18,176 nt of DNA from Candidatus Methylomirabilia bacterium (GTDB taxonomy: Bacteria; Methylomirabilota; Methylomirabilia; Rokubacteriales; CSP1-6). The number at the start of each line of letters is the position of its first letter. The stretch's first letter is position 1. Below, piece after piece: positions 7,810 through 14,644 of the stretch. The stretch lies in NCBI GenBank assembly GCA_046758965.1, contig JBHIBG010000052.1, positions 1 to 18,176 on the forward strand, read 5' to 3'. The notes beneath the pieces were generated by a model. It was given only the letters and a program-made list of their open reading frames with translations. It made no database searches and was not told the DNA's origin. The position numbers and the translations under genes are program-made.

Positions 7810-9060
7810 CTATTTCGGACAGTTATTCGGATACATGGTCCCGCTGATGCCATACACGAACTTCCACTTGCCACGTTCAACGGTCCAGGCGACCATGTCG
7901 GTGCGGGTCGTATCGCCGTTATGGTCGAAGCTGAACCTACCGGTTACGCCCTCAAAATTCCTGGTGTTGCGGAGCGCCCGAACGATCTTGCCCCGGTCCT
8001 TGACGCCGGCCCGCTTGATGGCGTCCAGCGTCACGATGGCCGCGTTGTAGGCGTACAGGGCCCACCCGATAGGCTCCTCCCCATACTTCTTGAGGTAATC
8101 GTTATAGAACTTCCTGCCGACCTGGGTCGGAAGCTGGTCCGGCGGGAACGCGGCGAAGGTGATGAGCACATTGCCGTTCACCGCCGCCGGGGTCGCCTGC
8201 TCGATCAGGCCGGGGGAGTAGAGACCGTCGGGACCCATGAACTTCATCCCCCTGTCGAACATCCCGAGGGCCTTCATCTGCTGGATGATCTGGACACCGC
8301 CGGAGTCGATGACGAACCCGCCGTAGACGAGCTGGGCCCCTGAGGCCCTGACCTTGGTGAGCAGAGCCCGGAAGTCGATGTCGGTAGACTCGACGCCGTC
8401 CTGCCCTAGAACTTGAAGCCCGAGGGCTTTCGCCTTCTTGACGAAAACGTCAGCAATCCCCTTACCGTAAAGCTGCCGGTCGTCCAGGACGTAAACCTTC
8501 TTGAGGCCCAGGCAGGCCGCCCAGGCAGCGCCGGCATCACCCTGGACGTCGTCGGCGGGATGGGTGCGGAAATAAGTCACACCGCCTGATGGCCGATAGA
8601 TACCGGGCTCCCCGGGACCGAACCCCGGCTTGGTGAGCCCGGGGTAGGTGTTGGCCGGGGTGACCTGAGCCAAGCCTGCCTTGTTCGTGATCGGTGAGCT
8701 GATCTTGGCGGCCCCGGAGTTATAGGTGGCCAGGTAGACCATCACGTCCGGGTCAGCCACGGCGTTTTGGGCAATTTCGGCCTCTACACTACCGTCCCAG
8801 CTGCCGGTTACGGGTGAGGCATCATCTTCGTTAACGACCTTGATGCAGTAGCCGGCCACGCGCCCACCGTAGTGGGCCACGGCCAGGTCGACAGCCCGCT
8901 TCATCCCTGTGCCCTCAGGAAGCATAGCCCCCTGCATGGGCCAGCTGGTGACGAGCTTGATCGTTCCCTTGGGGCACAGCTGGGCCTCGCCGCTCTCAGG
9001 CAGGCCCAGGGCAAAGACTGCCGTTAGCACAAGAACACTGAGAATCCTCAACGCTTTCAT
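7810..9060 (-). CDS. HAAT ABC transporter periplasmic substrate-binding protein (LivJ/LivK-like), 416 aa
   Basis: Sec-type signal peptide MKALRILSVLVLTAVFALGLPESGEA; motifs YLATYNSGAAK, TPANTYPGLT, YFRTHPADDVQG, DDRQLYGKGIA, FEGVTGRFSFDHNGD. RBS AGAGGAGG upstream. Confidence 0.94.
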   Translation of the reverse strand: MKALRILSVLVLTAVFALGLPESGEAQLCPKGTIKLVTSWPMQGAMLPEGTGMKRAVDLAVAHYGGRVAGYCIKVVNEDDASPVTGSWDGSVEAEIAQNAVADPDVMVYLATYNSGAAKISSPITNKAGLAQVTPANTYPGLTKPGFGPGEPGIYRPSGGVTYFRTHPADDVQGDAGAAWAACLGLKKVYVLDDRQLYGKGIADVFVKKAKALGLQVLGQDGVESTDIDFRALLTKVRASGAQLVYGGFVIDSGGVQIIQQMKALGMFDRGMKFMGPDGLYSPGLIEQATPAAVNGNVLITFAAFPPDQLPTQVGRKFYNDYLKKYGEEPIGWALYAYNAAIVTLDAIKRAGVKDRGKIVRALRNTRNFEGVTGRFSFDHNGDTTRTDMVAWTVERGKWKFVYGISGTMYPNNCPK

Positions 9061-9108
9061 GGAAGTTCCTCCTCTTGGTGTCTCAACGCGTCCAGCGGGA
9101 TAGCCGCT

Positions 9109-9561
9109 TTATCCCTCCCGTCGGATCATCCGCTGGACGCGGGCCTCCAGGGCCAGCTCGCCCCGCTGGTTCAGGACGCGGTGCGTATAGGTCACGATTC
9201 CCCGGTCCGGCTTCTTGGTCTCGCGCTTGTCGGTGACCTCCACCTCCACATGGATGGTGTCCCCGGCCAGCAGCGGGGCCACGACCCGGGTCTCGCCGCC
9301 CAGGTAGGCCATGCCCGTGCCGTGGATGAGCCCCGTCTGCATGATGAGCCCTTCCGCGAGCGCGAAGGTGAAGGCCCCCGGAACCGGGCGCCCCTTGAAC
9401 ACGCTCTCCCGGGCTACAAATTCCATGTCCATGAAGAGCGGTTCGGTGAAACCGCAGAGGTTAACGAAGGTGACGACGTCGGTCTCGGTGATCGTCCGTC
9501 CCAGCGTCTCGTACTTCGCGCCGATGGCATGCTCCTCGAAGGTCAGGCCCTCCTGTGGCAT
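9109..9561 (-). CDS. MaoC-like hot-dog-fold protein (non-canonical active-site motif), 150 aa
   Basis: GLTFEEHAIG, GRTITETDVVTF, APLLAGDTIHVEVEV, RGIVTYTHRVLNQRGE. RBS GGAGGAGG upstream. Confidence 0.88.
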   Translation of the reverse strand: MPQEGLTFEEHAIGAKYETLGRTITETDVVTFVNLCGFTEPLFMDMEFVARESVFKGRPVPGAFTFALAEGLIMQTGLIHGTGMAYLGGETRVVAPLLAGDTIHVEVEVTDKRETKKPDRGIVTYTHRVLNQRGELALEARVQRMIRREG

Positions 9562-9585
9562 CCCCTCCTCCCCTGGTACCCTGCT

Positions 9586-9613
9586 ACTATACGGACGGGC
9601 CGTCCGGTGTCAA
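9586..9613 (-). promoter_or_regulatory. Sigma70-type promoter of the maoC-liv-catabolic operon
   Basis: Minus strand TTGACA (9613-9608), 16-bp spacer, TATAGT (9591-9586); the -10 ends 24 bp upstream of the ATG at 9561. Confidence 0.75.
9592..9606. promoter_or_regulatory. Palindromic operator candidate in the -35/-10 spacer
   Basis: CGGACGG-G-CCGTCCG: perfect 7-bp arms filling 15 of the 16 spacer bases. Confidence 0.6.
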
Positions 9614-9900
9614 GCATGACGGCAGGCGGCCGGTTCGTCTGTGAGCCGCCGCGGCTTGTCGTCCAGCGGGTCGCGCCGAATGGCGTGGATTATAAGGCTT
9701 GAGTCGAGGCGAGGGCCGATGCCGCTCGGGCTCGGTTGCGAGCGGTGGCGCCGTTCGGGCGGTCCCCGGCCTGACGATTGGCCCTTGGGCCCGGGCCCGA
9801 GCGGGCAGCCTTCAGGTGTAGGATGGTCAGACCGCGCCTATCGCCACGCCTCGGGCGAGCCGGGGCCCCGACCGCTGGATGATGCCGCGGGAGTCCCCGG

Positions 9901-12285
9901 CTATGGACCCGACGATCCGCCTCGGCGGCGGCGGGCCAGCTGCGTCAGAATGACGGATCCGAGGAGGGCCAGGCCGAATGGATAGACGAGGGCCTTCGGC
10001 GGCTGACCGGGCTGCTCGACGTCCACTTTTGTCACATAATCGCCGAAATCGACTCCGGCCTGTTCGGCAAGCCCGTTGAACGCGAGATCGGTGACCGCGT
10101 AGCGGCCATCGGCTTCAGCCTCAAGCGTCACACCGTAGGAGCCTGGTTGCGCCGCACCGCCGGGCTCGGGCGTGACCAGCACGAACAGCTTGAAGCGGTC
10201 GCCGTAGTCGGTCTCGCGGACCACATGCAACCGGACCTTGCGGCCCGCCTCTACCATCACCTCGCTGGCAACGAACCTGTCCAGGGCGACCGGCGCATAC
10301 GGCGGGTAGAGCTGGTCCATGAAGACGCCCGGGCGGAACAGCGCCACGACCACCACGATCAGCAAAAGTGACTCGTAGAGCTTGAGCTTCACGATCATCC
10401 AGCCCTGGGTGATCGAGCTGAAGGAGAGGATGGCAAGCAGCGAGACGAAAAATATTATCAAGCCGTGCCAGACGCTCTCGACGCCGATCAACAGCAGCTG
10501 GGGGTTGAAGATGAACACGATCGGCAGGATCGCGGTTCGGATGTCGTAGAGAAACGACTGGACCCCGGTCTTGAGCGGATCCGCCTTGGATATGGCCGAC
10601 GCGGCGAACGCCGCCAGACAGACCGGCGGGGTGGAGTCGGCCATCAGCCCGAAGAAGAAGACGTACAAATGAACTGCGATGAGCGGTATGACAAGACCGG
10701 CGGCGCTTCCGAGCTCCACCAGCACACCCGCCAGCAGCGACGCCACGACGATGTAATTCGCCGTCGTCGGCAGGCCCATTCCGAGAAAGATGCAGAGGAC
10801 CGCGGTCAGGCCCAGGAGAATGTAGACGTTGCCTCCCGAGATCGCCTCGACCACGCCGACCATGGCGTTGTTGAGGCCCGTTGAGGAGACAGCGCCGACG
10901 ATAATGCCTGCCGCGGCCACGGCCACGGCGATGCTGATCATGCTGCGGGCGCCCGCGAGCAGGCCCGCATAGATCTCGGCGATGCCGTTCACGAGGGCCC
11001 GCCCGATCGGGGTATTCCCGCCGCGCAAGGCGAAGACGATATGTTGCATGAGGATGATGATCATGATCGCGATGATGGAGTAGAAGACGGCGGTGCTGGC
11101 CGACCAGCGCTTCACAATCAGCAGGTAGATCAGGATCACGAGGGGGATCAGGAAGTGGGCGCCGCTGAGCAGGGTCTTGCGCAGCGGCGGTATCTCGGCT
11201 TTCGGCAAGCCGGTCAGCCCCAGTTTCAGCGCCTCCAGATGGGAGATGTAGAACAGCGCCATGTAGCTGATGACGGCCGGAATGAACGCCGCGACGACGA
11301 CGTCGAAATACGAGATGCCGACGAACTCGGCGATGATGAACGCCGCCGCCCCCATGATAGGCGGCATGATCTGTCCATTTGTCGAGGCCGCGACCTCGAT
11401 CGCCCCGGCCTTCACCGCGGGCAGGCCGATTCTGCGCATGACCGGGATCGTGAACGTTCCGGTTGTCACCACATTCGCGATGGAGGAGCCGGAAATCATT
11501 CCGATCATCCCCGAGGAGAGGATCGCCGCCTTGGCGGGCCCGCCCCGGTACTTGCCGACCATGGCGAAGGCCAGGTCCAGGAAATACCGCCCGGCACCGG
11601 CCTTGTCCAGCAGCGCCCCGAACAGCACGAAGAGAAAAACGAAGCTGACGGAGACGTTCAGCGGGATACCGAAGACCGCCTCCCCACCCAGCCATTGATA
11701 GCCGATCAGCCGGGTGAGCGAGAGGCCCTTGTGGGAGATGATATCCGGCATGGACTGCCCGAAGACGGAGTAGACGAGAAACGCGCCGCAGACGATAACC
11801 AATGGCAGGCCGATGCTGCGTCGCGTTGCCTCGAGCAGGATGGCGATGCCGACACCGCCCAGGATCGCCTCAACCGGAAGAGCAACGTCGACGCCCAGAA
11901 GGGAGAGATCGTAGCCGAGCAGGACTCCCTGACGATTCACCAGCCCCTCGTATCCGAGGAAGAGGTAAAACGCGGAACCCGCCCCGACCAACGCCAGGAT
12001 GACGTCGTAACCGGGAGTCCGCTGCGTCCGGAGGCTGCGCGCCGCCGGATACGTGAGGAAGCACAGGAGCAGGCCGAAGGCCAAGTGGATGCCGCGCGCC
12101 GGCACGTCCACGATGATTCCGAAACCGAAGAAGAACGGCAACGGTGAGGCGATCCACAGCTGGAAGATCGACCACACCGCGGCGATCACGCTGACGACGA
12201 TGGCGAGCCGTGCTCCGTGCCTGCGTCCGGAATGTTCGAGGGCTTCGGGCATCTGTTTCAGCGCGGGGGAGTTCGCATCAGCCAT
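9901..12285 (-). CDS. TRAP transporter fused 4TM/12TM permease (TAXI type) with C-terminal DUF3394-like extension, 794 aa
   Basis: LLEATRRSIG, FVLFGALLDKAGAG, GGPAKAAI, ISGSSIANVVTTG, GQIMPPIMGAAAF, LGMGLPTTANY, ADSTPPV; C-terminal soluble segment with FNGLAEQAGVDFG. Confidence 0.94.
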   Translation of the reverse strand: MADANSPALKQMPEALEHSGRRHGARLAIVVSVIAAVWSIFQLWIASPLPFFFGFGIIVDVPARGIHLAFGLLLCFLTYPAARSLRTQRTPGYDVILALVGAGSAFYLFLGYEGLVNRQGVLLGYDLSLLGVDVALPVEAILGGVGIAILLEATRRSIGLPLVIVCGAFLVYSVFGQSMPDIISHKGLSLTRLIGYQWLGGEAVFGIPLNVSVSFVFLFVLFGALLDKAGAGRYFLDLAFAMVGKYRGGPAKAAILSSGMIGMISGSSIANVVTTGTFTIPVMRRIGLPAVKAGAIEVAASTNGQIMPPIMGAAAFIIAEFVGISYFDVVVAAFIPAVISYMALFYISHLEALKLGLTGLPKAEIPPLRKTLLSGAHFLIPLVILIYLLIVKRWSASTAVFYSIIAIMIIILMQHIVFALRGGNTPIGRALVNGIAEIYAGLLAGARSMISIAVAVAAAGIIVGAVSSTGLNNAMVGVVEAISGGNVYILLGLTAVLCIFLGMGLPTTANYIVVASLLAGVLVELGSAAGLVIPLIAVHLYVFFFGLMADSTPPVCLAAFAASAISKADPLKTGVQSFLYDIRTAILPIVFIFNPQLLLIGVESVWHGLIIFFVSLLAILSFSSITQGWMIVKLKLYESLLLIVVVVALFRPGVFMDQLYPPYAPVALDRFVASEVMVEAGRKVRLHVVRETDYGDRFKLFVLVTPEPGGAAQPGSYGVTLEAEADGRYAVTDLAFNGLAEQAGVDFGDYVTKVDVEQPGQPPKALVYPFGLALLGSVILTQLARRRRGGSSGP

Positions 12286-12379
12286 CGGCTTTACGGGACA
12301 GTGGGCTCACGCCGGAGGCTCGCCGGGTGCGCGAGCGAGAAGAGGCGGGTCGGCTTGCAGTCGGCCTTGTCCCGCCGCG

Positions 12380-12665
12380 TATCCGGAGCCAGGTCTGGGG
12401 CCGCACTGGATCCGCGGCCCGGCTCAGACGTCGACTACGGCGGCGGGTGGCGCGGACCCGCCCCGGGCCCGGCTGGGCGAAGCAGCGTTCTGTGGCGGCC
12501 GTCGTCCGGCCCTGGCTGACCCGCGCCCCCGCTGGAGCTCATAGACGATCGTCAGGTAGCGCTGCCCTTTGCGAAGCTGACCGCCTTGAGACCAATCACG
12601 TCCGGGGTATGCCAGCGGGCGTACGCGAGCCTCTCCAGCGCGGCCCCTTCGACCAGCGCCTGAGG
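12380..12665 (-). pseudogene. Degenerate ISL3-family transposase fragment (start of the DDE domain)
   Basis: Minus strand, across frameshifts: QALVEGAALERLAYARWHTPDVIGLKAVS(F) / RKGQRYLTIVYELQRGR / VSQGRTTAATERCFAQPGPGRVRATR / AVVDV*A. This follows the ISL3 pattern IGIDExxxRKGHxYxTxVxD...WVGxGRxxxTLxxFFxxLG...AVxxDMW. Boundaries are approximate. Confidence 0.72.
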
Positions 12666-12671
12666 CCGGCG

Positions 12672-12705
12672 CCCGGCTGACAGCAAAGCGGCTGTGAGAG
12701 CCGGG
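12672..12705 (-). terminator. Stem-loop just downstream of the TAXI binding-protein gene
   Basis: CCCGGCT (12672-12678) pairs with AGCCGGG (12699-12705); inner ACAGC/GCTGT. Lies 8 bp after the stop; no U-tract. Confidence 0.4.
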
Positions 12706-12713
12706 ATCTCGCG

Positions 12714-13715
12714 CTACATCCAGCCCCGCTCTTTGTAGTACTTGACGGCACCCGGATGCAGCGGCGCCGATAACCCGTCCTTGATCATCTTCTTGGGATC
12801 CAGGTTGGCGAAAGCAGGATGGAGCGACCTGAAGTCGTCGATGTTCTCGAACACCGCGCGCGTGACCTCGTAGACGACGTCCTCGGGCACGTCAGCGCTG
12901 GTGACGAACGTCGCCATAACGCCGAACGTGGTCACGTCACGGTCGGTGGTCTTGTAGGTGCCTTTCGGGATCGTCGCGAACGCGTAATAGGGGAACTGCG
13001 ACACCAGTGCTTTCTCGACGGGACCGTTGAGGTTGATGATCCTGGCGCCGCATCCATCCGTCGCCACGGCGACACCGGAGTTGGGGACGCCGACCGTATA
13101 CCCGTAGGCGTCGATCTTGCCGTCGCAGAGCGCGCTTGACTGCTCAGTGGAGGTGAGCTCGGTGGCAAGCGCGAAGTCGCTGACCTTTGTCCGGTAGCGC
13201 TCCATCAGGACTTCCGTGGTGCCGCGCTGACCGGAACCCGGGTTGCCGATGTTGAACCGCTTGCCTTTGAGGTCGTACCAGGAGTTTATGCGGGAGCCTT
13301 TAGCGACGATGATGTGGTAAGGCTCCGGATGCACTGAGAAGACGGCCCGAAGCTTCTTATACGGCCTCACCTTGTCCGGAGCGGTGCCGTTGTAGGCGTG
13401 ATGCTGCCAGTCGGACTGGGCGACGCCGAAGTCAAGTTCGCCCTGGCTGATCTGGCCGATGTTGTAGGTCGACCCAGCGGTCGAGGGCGCCGAGCAGCGG
13501 ATGCCGTGCTTGCGGCCCTTCTTCCGTCCTTCTGCGGCTTCCTTGTGGATCATCCGGCAGATGGAGTTGCCGACAACGAAATAGACGCCGGTGGGGCCAC
13601 CGGTGCCGATGGCAATGAACCTCTTCCCCTGCGCCTGCACCACGGTCGGGTCGCCAGCCACGAGCAGGCCGGCCGCGAGAACCGTTGTCGCAACGGTTAG
13701 AGCTATCTTACTCAT
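12714..13715 (-). CDS. TAXI-family TRAP transporter solute-binding protein, 333 aa
   Basis: Signal peptide; IAIGTGGPTGVYF, STAGSTYNI, DFGVAQSD, NIGNPGSGQRGT, APLHPGAVKYYKERG. RBS AGGAGGAGG. Confidence 0.95.
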   Translation of the reverse strand: MSKIALTVATTVLAAGLLVAGDPTVVQAQGKRFIAIGTGGPTGVYFVVGNSICRMIHKEAAEGRKKGRKHGIRCSAPSTAGSTYNIGQISQGELDFGVAQSDWQHHAYNGTAPDKVRPYKKLRAVFSVHPEPYHIIVAKGSRINSWYDLKGKRFNIGNPGSGQRGTTEVLMERYRTKVSDFALATELTSTEQSSALCDGKIDAYGYTVGVPNSGVAVATDGCGARIINLNGPVEKALVSQFPYYAFATIPKGTYKTTDRDVTTFGVMATFVTSADVPEDVVYEVTRAVFENIDDFRSLHPAFANLDPKKMIKDGLSAPLHPGAVKYYKERGWM

Positions 13716-14028
13716 GATGGTCCTCCTCCTGTTTTCGTGTCACTTCTCGTTATGCCCCGGCCACAACGACCGGCCTCGCGGCGCCCGGCGTGACACAACG
13801 CGGTCCAACCCTGCTGCTGCTGCCCTCGGTTGCGCACGAGGCCCCACTCCTCGCAAGCTCCTCCGCGCCTCCATGTCCGCTTCCGCCCGGAACCGCCCGA
13901 TCGGCTCTGCCGGCACGGACCCAGCCTGCCGACCCGGCGTGCGCAGCTGATCGCGCGGGAGCGGCGCGCTGCCGGCGGCCTGACCAACCACACCCGTGCA
14001 CAGCCTGGGCCAACTCCCGACTCCGGCA

Positions 14029-14057
14029 ACCCTACCAGGGGCGCCCCTTTCAGTCAA
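14029..14057 (-). promoter_or_regulatory. Sigma70-type promoter candidate for the TAXI operon, with palindromic spacer
   Basis: Minus strand TTGACT (14057-14052), 17-bp spacer, extended -10 TG-G-TAGGGT (14034-14029). The spacer holds the perfect 12-bp palindrome AGGGGCGCCCCT (14037-14048). Confidence 0.55.
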
Positions 14058-14172
14058 GGCTGTGGACTCGTCCGGCATATGGAGGGTCCTTGAGTGTGCG
14101 CTGGCTGAGGCCGGAGCTGAGGGAGTGCCGGGGCGTTAGATAGCCGAGGGCCTAGCGGGGAGGGAGGGGGTT

Positions 14173-14196
14173 GTCCGCGCTGTCCGGGGCGCGGAC
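14173..14196 (-). terminator. Hairpin downstream of the pilin cassette, possible terminator
   Basis: GTCCGCGC-N8-GCGCGGAC, ~60 bp after the pilV-like stop; no U-tract. Confidence 0.3.
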
Positions 14197-14256
14197 CCGG
14201 TCATACGGCTCGGTGACCGCCGAACTCAGATCCCAGACCTCGTAGGATTCTTCGGA

Positions 14257-14637
14257 TCACTCCGCCCGCATCGTCTCGAGAACGATGTTCTGCAGCCGGG
14301 CCGAACCCGTCCTCCAGGTCACCGTGACGGTGATCCGCGCCAGGCGGTTCGGAGCGACGGTGGCCCCGACCGGCGTGATCGACCACGTTCTGGTGACTTC
14401 GGGCTCAGGGGTGTCGGTGCCGTTGGTAGGACCGGGATCAAAGGGTTGGTTTCTCAACTGCTCCAGGATCTGTCTCGCATAGGCCGTCGCCTTGGATTGG
14501 CCGCCGCTGGCGACGACATCGGAGTGGCCGGTCGAGAGGGCGATCATAAGCGCGGCGAGGCCAAGCGTGAGAATCGCCATCGCGATCAGCACCTCAATCA
14601 GGGTCATGCCTCGCTGATTCGAAGCTGTTCCCATCAC
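14257..14637 (-). CDS. Type IV minor pilin/pseudopilin, PilV/GspI-like
   Basis: Class III signal NQRG|MTLIEVLIAMAILTLGL (E5 present); short C-terminal domain RTWSITP...RITVTVTW. Start is GTG 14637 or ATG 14634. Confidence 0.88.
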   Translation of the reverse strand: MMGTASNQRGMTLIEVLIAMAILTLGLAALMIALSTGHSDVVASGGQSKATAYARQILEQLRNQPFDPGPTNGTDTPEPEVTRTWSITPVGATVAPNRLARITVTVTWRTGSARLQNIVLETMRAE

Positions 14638-14644
14638 TGCACTC

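Noticed and set aside
10121..12147. 524-aa minus-strand alternative-frame ORF and 368-aa plus-strand ORF
   Set aside because: Both lie inside the TRAP permease gene; low-complexity Arg-rich or antisense products.
13811..13823. Short CTG trinucleotide run
   Set aside because: Only about four units in non-coding DNA; too short to argue for phase variation.
13712..14143. Several overlapping 87-119 aa ORFs between the TAXI and pilin genes
   Set aside because: No motifs or RBS, Arg/Pro/Ala-rich, and they overlap the predicted promoter.
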